From positions 2,514,797-2,578,796 of the forward strand of contig CM121342.1 in assembly GCA_051530055.1 (NCBI GenBank): DNA of 64,000 nt. The letters run 5' to 3'. This DNA comes from Neoechinorhynchus agilis. Taxonomy: Eukaryota; Animalia; Acanthocephala. Each line of letters begins with the position of its first letter. The stretch's first letter is position 1. This document shows positions 23,375-34,903 of this stretch, piece by piece. Below the pieces are notes generated by a model that was given only the letters and a program-made list of their open reading frames with translations, did no database searches and was not told the origin of the DNA. The position numbers were made by a program, and so were the translations under genes.

Positions 23375-24911
23375 AATATAATATGTGGGTGTGTTTTAAG
23401 ACTTTGCGGAGATTACGTTTTGGCAACGAATTTTTCTAAAAAAATTCCTTATTCGAATTAATATCCGAATGCTAAATCCGATAATTGTGTGCTTTAATTT
23501 TAACGAAAAATTAATGGGAGTATTAAGTCCATTCTGAATTAAAAGCGATATTACCATTTTCTACATCCATTATTCCATGATTGACAAATGATTTTTGTAA
23601 GTCATAATTATACATCTTCTTGACACATTAACATGATCGGTTCCTATATTGAAAAAAACTTATTTTCACTTTATTCACCAATAAAGAGTCTTAATGGTGA
23701 TGCTCTTGACAATTTATCACAGGAATGCAAAACTTTCAGAACTTGTAAATAAATCAAAACTCCACAAACCCACAATAAAATTAAAGTCTGTGGAGCTTAC
23801 CTAATTATTGATTAAAGAATCTTCCTTTAATCTCTTTACACGGGCCTAAAATGTTTCCCTCTAACGAAAAAAAACCCTTTATTTCGAAGTACCAATAACG
23901 ATTAGAAGCATTTTTGGAACTTCAGTATATATAAATAATCGAAAAATTAGTAAAAAAATTCAAAATGATTTACCTTTCTTGAAATGTTTGAGGATTGCAT
24001 TATTCATGTTTTTATATGGCGGAAAATTTCAAGTAATTTATAGAATCCGATATTTCAGCAAATTTGTATGCCTTCATCAAGGTCCAAAATACACACCTAA
24101 AAAGATGGATATTCACTCTCCTCTTAAGTTAAGCTTGAATTCTACCTCACTTCCTTCTATTGTTTCAACCTGACCAAAATCCAATCCGAACTAACTTCGA
24201 GTCAAAATGGTGGCGTCGTCGTCGATGTTCAGTAAGTGGCCTTGTTGGGTTAAATGGTTGAGTATGGCAGAACTGGCACCGGTTCCTCTCATCAGAACAC
24301 CTTTATGTTTCTTTATTCTTCTTTATTCGGTGCATGGAATTCTTTAAACACCTTTACTTCCATGTTCATCTCGTTTCTTAATCATCGAGCTTAATGGTTT
24401 AGCTTTCCTGGTATAGATAAAAAAATTAAGATCTTGAGACGCAGGTTCTTTTATCAGACCGTTCATTCTAGTGAAAAACTCTTCGTTGAAGAATGATGCA
24501 CTCATGAATGCTTACCGTTTCGACTCCTGGAAAAACATCTTCCTTCCTTAGAAGACTCTTGCAAACTAAAGGACGATTACAGTGTTTTATCGGTTAATTA
24601 CTATATGTTGAAGTTTATCGAAATTAGTATTTGCACAAATGATTAAAAACTTTTCAGATTAACAAATTCTTTACTCTCTGTCTCTCTATTACCCATTTTG
24701 ATGAGTTAGTGTTAAATTTTACCTGCGCTCATAAGTTACCGATTTAAATTAAGAAATAAAAAATTCTCTCATTAATTCCAATATATATAACAAATGGTTT
24801 TTGAACAACGTAAAAGCGATTATATACTTCTGATTCACTCGCATAACTTCTAAAGATGCCATAATATGCTTATTGCTTCTCACAACACCCACACGGACTC
24901 ACTGGTGCTAT

Positions 24912-25943
24912 CTAGACTCCGGATTCCTCAGTTCTAAAGCGCTCTTTCCCCTCATCACTTTCACGCATACATTCGTTTTCATCCTCGTAACCGTGTTCAT
25001 AAGACTCCACCTCCTCGGATCCATCCATGGAACGTTCTTGATCATCATCCACCTCTGGTGCAAATCCAGCCTCGGTTGCATATAAGCATTCTTTGATTTC
25101 GTTTATAATAGGAATTTCGGCATTTCGGGGATCCGTACAAATTATCTCCACTTGACGTAGTTTGGCAAAATAAAAGTCTCTTTCGAGATCTAAAGTCTCC
25201 ATCTTTTCCATCAGCTCACTGATTTTGGCTCGAAGACGGTCTTCCTCAGCACCAGAACGACTGGGTTGCTTTACGGGAGACGGTCGTCCACGGGCTGGTA
25301 CTGCGGCTGGTTGCTTAGTCGTCGCTGCGCGTGTTTCAATCGACAATGGAGTAGCTCTTCTGGATCCATTCGAACCGGATTTGGTGGTTCGACCTGAAGG
25401 TGGCGCTTTTGGTGCTTTTCGTGGATGTTGAATAGGCGGACGTGATTTCGTAGGCGCGGCAGCTTTACCAGGATTACCCAACTGTTGATTAAATCGAGCA
25501 CTTAAAGGATCATATGGACGTTCATAGTAATTGGCTTCAAAGAATTTTCTAAACCATTGTGCAAACTCAAAATTGTCCTGGAATCGGCCTTTAACTAGAC
25601 GTTCAATAGGAACAACCTTATCCACAGAAAACTTTGTAAATGCTTCCTGGAGCCATTTAAAGTTTTGAATATGTTCGTGCTCCAGTCTCGAATTAAATTT
25701 AACTTTCCTAAGGCGAATTGTGTTTGGAAACAGAATGTCCATCATTTGGCAATAAGCAGCACCAGTTCCCAACTCCTCGATCTTAGTCAGGTTTGAAACC
25801 AAAAGATCGTTGATCCATTCGAGCATTTGATGTCTACTGCAATTGTCGAGAGAAGCACTTGTACTGTAGACATTTACCGCGGCTATCGGAATGCCGTTAG
25901 TACTTCCACTTGGACTAATGTTAGATGAACCACAAGGATCCAT
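24912..25943 (-). CDS. MAPRE: Microtubule end-binding protein EB1/RP family
   Basis: [52 protein letters not shown] domain; [19 protein letters not shown] domain; acidic tail; no introns. Confidence 0.95.
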   Translation of the reverse strand: MDPCGSSNISPSGSTNGIPIAAVNVYSTSASLDNCSRHQMLEWINDLLVSNLTKIEELGTGAAYCQMMDILFPNTIRLRKVKFNSRLEHEHIQNFKWLQEAFTKFSVDKVVPIERLVKGRFQDNFEFAQWFRKFFEANYYERPYDPLSARFNQQLGNPGKAAAPTKSRPPIQHPRKAPKAPPSGRTTKSGSNGSRRATPLSIETRAATTKQPAAVPARGRPSPVKQPSRSGAEEDRLRAKISELMEKMETLDLERDFYFAKLRQVEIICTDPRNAEIPIINEIKECLYATEAGFAPEVDDDQERSMDGSEEVESYEHGYEDENECMRESDEGKERFRTEESGV

Positions 25944-26474
25944 CTAGAAGAAGAAAAAAAGATTTATCGAATTTAAGTAAAAAAGAGAGAGGTTTTAAAC
26001 CACAAATAATCGCTCGAATGAAAATCAACCATTTTAGTAATACAGCCGAAACTTTAAACACGTTATCCTGACGGAGAGACCTCACGAAAAGTGTAAAACA
26101 AACGTGAGGAGTAAAATGGAGTGCGTTTTTAAAAATTAAAGGTAAATGCGAAGAAGAGTACAAGAAAAAATGAGCTTCTAAAAATATTGCGAGCTTTAAA
26201 ACCAAGCTCTTTTCTTTCGCGAGCTATAAAGATAAGGGAGCGAGAGAATTGAACGGAACTTGCATTTACAACGAGCCAAAGGTTAATTTAGTTGCGATCA
26301 TAAAAAAGAAGCATTAAAATACGTTGAAATAATCAAAATCCTTCGGGATGATAGAAGTGGAAATGTGATGATTGTAATTTTCTCAGGATAAAAGGTTTTT
26401 TATTGACTTTCTTTTTTGATAGTTTTACCACCCTGCCGAATTTACTAGTCTATATTTCCCCGATATTTCACCTC

Positions 26475-26690
26475 TCGGATATCGAGTAGATTCCAGGCCA
26501 AAACAGGAAATGTAAGAGGTGGTGCCTTCCTGGGCCAAAACATTGTGTGGTCGCGATCCAAAGAGGAAACGCAGCGAGTGTGGTCGCGACCACTGAGGGG
26601 AGAGCGATGCCTCTTCTTCGTGGTGGACGGTGGTGATTGTTTAAACGTTTTGTTGTGTGTGTAACAAAAAGTGTAATAAAATAAATCGGA
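26475..26690 (+). mobile_element. 3' fragment of a CRE-clade retrotransposon
   Basis: GGAFLGQNI..VAIQRGNAASVVATTEGE followed by an A-rich tail. Confidence 0.75.
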
Positions 26691-27433
26691 TAATTAGTTA
26701 AAGATAAAATCCATGAGTATGTGGAAGTTGGGAAAATTATATCCAAGAACCCATTATTGTTCGCAAGTTTTTTTCAACTGTGAATGCGTCTCAGCGTGAT
26801 TGGACGAAATATTTCAATTAAAGTGAGGTTTGGATATATAATATTCCTCACTTCCACATATCGGATAATTTTCCAACATTTTCTCTCAAGGTTTGTAAGT
26901 TATTACAACGAAGTCTCCTTTCCCCCGAAGATCAAGATATTGTATTGAGATATTCAGTCAATATCTCAATTCAATAAAAATAATTATTCGGGTAATGGTC
27001 ACTATATCTATAGTAAACTAATCATTTATTTGTCTCTATTCTCTTTTTTTGTGAATGTGCAAATTTAATTGCTTAAGAATTTAAAGGAAATTCGGGTTAG
27101 ATTTTTACGAGTGAAGCATCTTAATTAATACATTCAAAGAAACATCGTAAATCATCGATAAAATTCAAAATAGATTTTTTCGATTAAGCTTCGAGAATCA
27201 GGACATCAATATCGTAATACCCCAAGGCTCGAAAGGTTCATATGCCGCTTTAGCCAAATTTTAAAGTACTCGATGCTTTTCCTTAATTTCATGATTGCGA
27301 CAATACGAACAGCACATAAAATTTCGAGTAAATTCAAAGAAATTTTTCCGATTGACTTTGACGAATATGAACATTTAGAAAAACTAAACTTCATTTATAA
27401 GAAACCCTCAATAGAAAATCCTTCGGGTTAGTT

Positions 27434-27631
27434 AAAGTATAATTTTGGTAAACATACTCCCGGTCACAACCTATTTGATTTTGATTTATTGGAAATATTT
27501 CGCGAGGTAACCTCGCCTCAGCGAATTTTTCTTCGAAAACAATAACTGATGAGGCGAGGTTTCCTCCTTCGAAATATTTCCAATAAATCAGATAGGTTAT
27601 GACCGGGAGTATGTTCACAAAAATTATATTT
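27434..27631. mobile_element. Palindromic mini-element with hammerhead arms
   Basis: Inverted arms of ~80 bp. Right arm CTGATGA GGCGAGG ttt CCTCCTTC GAAATATT at 27546-27578; left arm has a deletion in the core. Confidence 0.8.
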
Positions 27632-29089
27632 ATAAGAAAATCAGGACAAATCTCATTAATGGATTTTATCAAATCCTTTTTTGGTAGCCGTTCAGATTAT
27701 CGTAAGCTAATTTCAAAAAGCCTCTTTAATCGACTTTGATTAATCCAGTAATAGAAAGCTTAATTATCACCACACCCCAAACGTGATCGATTTTGGTTAA
27801 TTCTGGCGACCCCTTGAATAAAAAACTCATGTGTCATCTCAAGTTCAAAGAAACGGGTCTGAATGATTCACTTTAATTTGTTTTAGAATCTGACACACTA
27901 TTTTAAACAAAACCCGTCGTAAATCAAGTTCTTATATTAGATCGGCTATTTTTTAACCAACATGTTATTCAATGAAAATTCCAGGAGCACTGGTGAATAG
28001 ATTCTCATTAATTCGGACACAGAAAGCTCGCGTTTCATTCTAAGCAAATCCTTACTCAGACCAAAAAATGCGGAATTCCCTATAGTCCTAATCCAGCATT
28101 TCCCAAACGTTGTCTCACAACTCTTGGGTATTTCCAGACATAGGAAATGACAAGTGCGTAGGAAAAGTGCAATGGTTACACAACAAAGTCCCGGCTCTTC
28201 CTCTACTGACGACCTCATTATGTTCGGTAGCCGGGCAACTCGGCAAATATAAAGTCAACAAAAAAGGATAAAAGTGTTTTTGCATTGCTTATAAGTGGGA
28301 TACACTTTTCAACGGCAGACTAAACCAACGGCTATTTGATATGGGATTGAAAGAAAACGCAGGTACTAACGATGCACTCTGACAGCAACGTTGAATTGTG
28401 CCATCAGTGTAGACGTCAATAATAGAAGGGTCTACGAATAGCTGGTTGTTGGCGGAAGAAGATTAAAGTAGATGATATCCGATATACACAAAATGGATCC
28501 CGAAAAATTATGAGATGGATTTGTTTAAAAATCCGTCCACTCGTCTTCGGCTAAACAGGTTTGCTTTGTAGATACGATCATGCAGCACAAAGTTGAAACT
28601 TTAATATGTTCGCGAACTAAATGTAACTTCTACGACATCTTGAGGTAGAGCTAAACTGATCAATTTTGACGAACTTACGACTAGGAGTCGACCGCAATAT
28701 TCGAAGATTCAACATAAAAAGCAATGCGACTACTACAAATTCTATTATAAACTAATGAAATTGATCCACGTTGCCTCGTTCTTATGGTAATACCGAATTG
28801 TTGTAAAGGATACTGGAATGAGCTTATTTTAGGATATCTACTCGCGACCTTAAAAGTCAAATATCGGCGTCGTCTCGTCAACACTGTCAAATGATAAGAA
28901 ATGTCTTAAAAGATATGATTACATTTCCGTGGAATTAAGTGTATCTAAGCACGCCCAGATTGTCGCCACTCGGTAATCCAACATTAATAATGGAAAAGTA
29001 TTTTGACTGAATTCGAGCAGCGTCAATTGATGAGTCGACCGACTAAATTTCAAAGAATATGACCCAAAAAACCACTTTCTTATTCGTCT

Positions 29090-29592
29090 GAGCAATCTAC
29101 ATCCAATCTACGATTTTTAAAAAGATCAAGCTCAAAACAAAAATACTTGAATAAAATCCATACGAAAAAGTCTGAATAACTCATTTTTCCAATCACGTCC
29201 GAGAAGGAAAAGCGTCCGAGCAATCCCTATCTACGACTTTTAAAAAGACCAAGCTCAAAACCAAAATACTTGAACAAAATACATTCGAAAAAGTCTGACC
29301 CACTCGTTTTTCCAATAACGTCCGAGAGGAAAAACGTCCGAGCAATCAACATCCAATCTACGATTTTTAAAAAGATCAAGCTCAAAACAAAAATACTTGA
29401 ATAAAATCCATACGAAAAAGTCTGATCCACTAATTTTTTCAATAACGTCCTAGCAATCTGCATCCCATCTACGACTTTTAAAAAGATCAAGCTCAAGACA
29501 AAAATACTTGAATAAAATCCATACGAAAAAGTCTGATCCACTCATTTTTCCAATAACGTCCGAGAGGGGAAAAACGTCTGAGCAATCTACAT
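29090..29592. repeat. Tandem repeat, ~4 units of ~112-128 bp
   Basis: Unit gagcaatctacatccaatctacgatttttaaaaagatcaagctcaaaac... starts near 29090, 29218, 29340 and 29452. Confidence 0.9.
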
Positions 29593-31829
29593 TCGACGAT
29601 TCCGGTAGTTAATGCAAAGTCTAAGATTATCTTAGAAATATACCCGCGATAGCTATTGAATCCTCAGACGTCGTGTTGAATTAAAAATCATACGACGAAA
29701 CAATTATTCCACAAATGTCCTCAGTAAAAGGACTAAACTCTGATGTTATTGGTATTACAAACCGTCTATAGTCGAATACTACACTGAAACTATCACAAGT
29801 GGCAATAGACAACGTTGACGTTGGCACGAATCTGCTGCCCTGTTCCATTCATCGATGTAGTAACATCGCATATCCTGTTTCTCCTCTTACCTAACGATGC
29901 GAGAATGGCATATAGACACATCCATTATTTATTTGATTCGTCTGTTCCTCCACAGATTGATAATATGCCTTTATGTGATTTGTAATTTCTATGGGATACA
30001 TAAAGGTTTCCCGTAGTATTATTTAGTTTGCCTACTTGTGTTTGAAGATTTTGATTCTCGGGTATTTATAAACTACATTAAAACGTAAGATCCTTTTCTT
30101 CGTTCAAATTCGTATAACATTTTGTATTTTTTCGCAAAGGTGTACAATAAATCTTTAATTGACATTCGCTAAGGAAATTTCATCTGTAAGTTGGGATCGC
30201 CAAGAATAAATTCAAACTAATCTACAAATTTTGTCATTTTTTTGTTTCTACTTTCAGGCATATTTTGCACATTCCGGGAACTTTGAACTTTAAACAATGC
30301 ATTTTTTCTGAACTGTATAAGATTAAATATACTAATTGCAGGTTAGAGAAAGAGATATTTTCAAAATGGATGCAGCTTAAAATTTTAAGATGTTTCTATA
30401 ACCGGACATTAAAATAGGTGGTCTAAAATAAAAACCGTTAAATATCTTATTTCGGGTTTTAAATCATTTTCAAGAGAAATATCCGTTAGTTTTAAACTCC
30501 ACCGTGATACAAGAAAGGCTCCATACCTTTTAGAAATAATTCTTTAGTAATCTAACATAATTTCGATGCTATTCTAATCCGATTCCTAGTTAAAATTAGA
30601 CTACTGGAATTCATGGAAATGCAAGCGTGGCTCTCTCATTGAAGAAAAGAGTAGTTCAAACGTACTGTCTCGTCGTGCCGTGTACTTATAAAATTGAACT
30701 TCGAAGTGAAATTTGCCATAACCCGTAGTCTAGTTCTACCAAAATTTAAACTTAATTCCATGTGATTAATAATCACCATTTCGGACAACTTTTCAGCATT
30801 GCTTTAATTGGAAATGTCAGCATCTTGACAATTTCTTCGATAATTACAATATTTAGACTTTTTTATTGTATAAAATTATACTTTACGCTTAAAAGACTAT
30901 TTTAGAAGCGAAATAAAATTTTTCGAATATATGTCTCTAGGCGAAATCAATAACCGTAAAAAACAATTACCATTAATAGAAAAGACTGATTTCTTTTCAT
31001 CTCGAAGGTGATCATAGAAAAAGCTTTAATGCTTAACTATATATTTTTTGAAGCTACGCGTTTCTAATTACGTTATTAAACAAAAATTGTATTGAGAAAT
31101 ACTCTAGCAAAAGCTAAAATTAGCGACGATAAAACGGATACAGGGAATTATTTTAAACCATATTATTCGTGGCCTGTCGGCAGGACAAGAAATGAATTGC
31201 ATTAATAATGTATGAATTCGATGCACTTGTTGTCCACCGGTGAATTCGTCTCCCATTAATGAATTTTGCAAGACGAAAAGTCTTAGACGTTTCGACGGCT
31301 CGTTTGTTATTTAATTTTTGTGACTTTTAATTTCATGTTCCTGCGACAAGACGCTCGCTTGCACTCAACGGAAGCGTGAAATTTATCTTTAGTTTCCCAT
31401 TAATGTTCGGGTTTATGGCGTTATACTAATAATCATGAAAAAAAATTGTCTACTAAATCGTTCCGACAAAAATTTGTATTGCACATCTTTCTTCATTTAA
31501 TCGAGAATCATAATTTTTGTTGCATTTTCAAAAGCATCTTAAGTACTGTTGGAATTTGTATCGTGAATATACTTCCATGCAGGCCGAATATTTCAATTAA
31601 AATCTTTTCCGCTTCGTGTAATAATTGCTAATTATGTTTTCTTAATTTTTATCAAAATTTTGAAACGTTTTATGAACCTTGTCGTGCTTTTGAATGCTTC
31701 TTACAAATTCCGACAATTTAAATTTCACGTTTGTGTTACTGGTAATATTTAAAACTGCATTTGCGGTAAGCCATTTTTGACCTAGAAATTACTTTTCAAA
31801 ATCATCGATAGAAAGTCCTTCGGGATAAT

Positions 31830-32069
31830 AAAATTACACTTTCGGTGAGAATAATCCCGGTCATTACATATTTTATTTATTCGAAATATTTCGCGAGGTA
31901 TCCTCGCCTCTTCAGTCATTGTTTGCAAGTTTTTTTTGCATGTTTTTCTACGCATTCACAGTTGAAAAACTTGCAAACAATGACTGAAGAGGCGAGGATA
32001 CCTCGCGAAATATTTCGAATAAATAAAATATGTAATGACCGGGATTATTCTCACCGAAAGTGTAATTTT
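31830..32069. mobile_element. Young palindromic mini-element: perfect ~105-bp arms, two hammerhead cores
   Basis: Arms 31830-31935 and 31965-32069 show no mismatch by eye. CTGAAGA G GCGAGG ata CCTCGC GAAA TATT at 31984-32014 (+) and 31915-31885 (-). Confidence 0.88.
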
Positions 32070-32204
32070 TCAAAATATTAACTTTCTATTAAATTACTTA
32101 ATTCACGAGAAGTTCAATTAGGCAAGGTGATTCCTCCGTGACCCGCATTCAATCCTATTTGGATTATCTTTGTATGCGCGAGCTCAAATAATATTTTTTT
32201 TATT

Positions 32205-32943
32205 TCAATGAGGACGAAAAACGAAATGTTCACGGAGATGTTCATCTCCATGCATATTTGGGTTTTCATGTATTCCACGAACTTCAGGATGTTGATGAAC
32301 TGCCAACACATGAGTCGAATGGACGATGGCCAAGTGATCCTTCGGATGATCATAAGGCTTCGCATGTTTATATGTTTTCACATTTGATGAATGCCGATAA
32401 TGCTTAGACGATTGAACCATACAAGTTATCTCACATTGACGTTTAGTCAAAAAATTATTCATGTTTCCTTTACATCCTCCATAAATAAACGACATGCACT
32501 TTTGTTCGTAACTGTTGTAATAATAACGAATTAATTTGCCTTCACAATTTCCGACTTTTCGTGGATATGCACATCTGAAGGCTACAATACAATTGTTGCA
32601 TTGTTGATGTTCGTCAAACGGTCTTTAAACCTTGGGAATCATGGTGCGCAGTACGGTGCGCCGGTCTGCATTGAATGATACACTCCATTTTTGTTTCAAA
32701 TCGATTTCTATTGCCACCACAACCCGTGAAGAAGAATTTTTCACAAATGTCTCGTTCATGGTTGTGGTAATATCGAACAAACGATCCTTTGCAAATACCC
32801 TTGTCTCGGGGAAGCAAGCATCGAATATCTTAATGTGGTAGGAACTGTTGGATTTAGCAGAAATACTCACCCTTTCCTTCGGTTTGTAAGGAAATAATTA
32901 CCATTGTTGAAAATATCGATAAAAACCGAGTCAAAACTCTCAT
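32205..32943 (-). CDS. Secreted two-domain Kunitz/BPTI protease inhibitor with His-rich tail
   Basis: Signal peptide MRVLTRFLSIFSTMVIISL; two six-Cys Kunitz domains (FTGCGGNRNRF; YGGCKGNMNNF). GT-AG introns 32829-32870 and 32582-32630 restore the frame. Confidence 0.88.
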
Positions 32944-34903
32944 GGTTAACAAGACAAGAATGGATAGATTCCAAAATGTTTCCTTAAATGTTGCACTAAG
33001 CAGCTGATGCGATTTGTGTGTGATAAATCAAAAAGAACCTTTCAACGTTCTCGAATTTATTCCTGATTCTGACTTTTTAATTGCATTAGCAAAAATAACT
33101 TCGTTTGCGGAATATTCATACTTATTTTTTATATTGGAAATCAAAAATAAGCACGATGTCATTTTAGCTATTTAATATATCTCTTTTTCTTGCTTCTAAA
33201 TCCGCTTGTTAGATTTTTAGTTTCTAAATATTATTAATGTAATGCGGTTTTTCCTTATTTCTTTTTTAAAACGCCAATCAAACCCAATGCTTTTATGCAA
33301 ATATCAAATGGAATATAATAAGCGTTCCACTATAGATGTAAAGATTTGCATCGAAAACATATCCACCACTTCCCCTGTATGGTCAGTTCAATATTTAAAA
33401 TTTAAGAACCGCGGTATCACAACCAGCAAAAGATATCAAGAAATGTATTTGAAGAGAATTGCGTTACGTCAGCAATCCATTAATAAAATATTTTATTTTT
33501 ACAAAGTTATAGATCATGCGAAAATCTGTAAATTTTGAACTTTAAATACAAAAATAGGAAGATAAAACCGTTCGATCACTTTTATCGAGTTCAAAGCATT
33601 TACAAAAGATTTAGACATGATTTTTTGATGAAGTTTTCCTTTTTTCGCAACTCACGAATCCTATAATAGGCTTATTACATAGCCAAATATGGATACATTT
33701 CTAAGAAAGCTTTTAAAGGATTGATTTGCACTAAACTTGGTTATCCCAAAAACCAACTCAACACTTATCAAACATGTCTAACCATTGCCGATAGTATATG
33801 CAATTTCCCAATTCTATGTACATGATTTGGATGCTCGCTTTCCTTAGGCCAAAGGAAAAGTTCTATTCTCAATAGTAGTGTCAAGAAGATCATCTTAGCA
33901 AGTGTTGCGACTAAAGAGTTTTCTTTCAATTCGAGAGATCATTAGTCAACATGCGGTGTTCCATTTCGTGGAAGTTCGCATAATTTAATATTGAGATTGA
34001 CAAGTGCTTCTCATCACAAAAAATCGAAGACCGACTTTCTAAGCGTTACGAAAAATAGTCGAAAACCGGTGGGTTCGTAGAATTTTCCATTTTGTGAAGC
34101 ATCGTAAATTAATTCTGGTGGTGCACTATTTTGGCCTAACTTCACATCCGGAACCTAGTAAGTATCTGACATTGAAACCGGATTCAGTTATGTTCCGCAG
34201 ATATAATGGCTATTTTAAGAGTCTATACTGTAAAATAAGTATGCGTTGAAGCCATCTATCGCATCTCGGCCAGAGATCGATATCAAAGATCTGGTTCAAA
34301 TTATAGCGCAATAATTCGTTATTTTTGCCGCAATTCTAGAAGAGAATCTTCCTGGAGTCATTACAGTCTCATCCCTCAGAGCCAAATTCACTTACACACA
34401 CCCTCAGGATTTTCCCTCGATCTAGACTGGCCTATTAATCATAAGCAGATAAGTTTCCTGTGAAAGTGCAGTTAAGGTTCCGAGTCGTCGAACACAATTT
34501 CAGCAACGCTCCCGGCCCCTTCCAACTGAAGTAACTGTGCGATGGAGCGTCTCGTCTCCAGAAACCGCTCCTCCATCACCCCCATTGCATTGATCCTTTT
34601 GCCTCTGAGAGTGCGCTTTTATGTTTCGTACGAGTTTCAACTCGTCGAAAAATTGTGGAGGAGAAACTAGTTCGTCAATGGCACTGAGAAACGCGTCTGA
34701 TGTTTGCTAGGCGGGCTAGAAGTTAGTTTTTAAAGTGAGACAGAGGTTTGTTTAGCATTGATGGCAGCGGGACGCTAGAAAATCATTTGCAGTTTGAGAA
34801 CGATTCCGTAGCCGTGGGCGGTGGTGATGATGATCGACCTTCTCGGTCCCAGTTGGTGTATTAATTTGAAAACTTAATCCAATTAGTACGCCATCAGCCT
34901 ACG

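Noticed and set aside
29645-29710. Hammerhead-like hairpin followed by GAAA
   Set aside because: The upstream core is CCTCAGA rather than CTGANGA.
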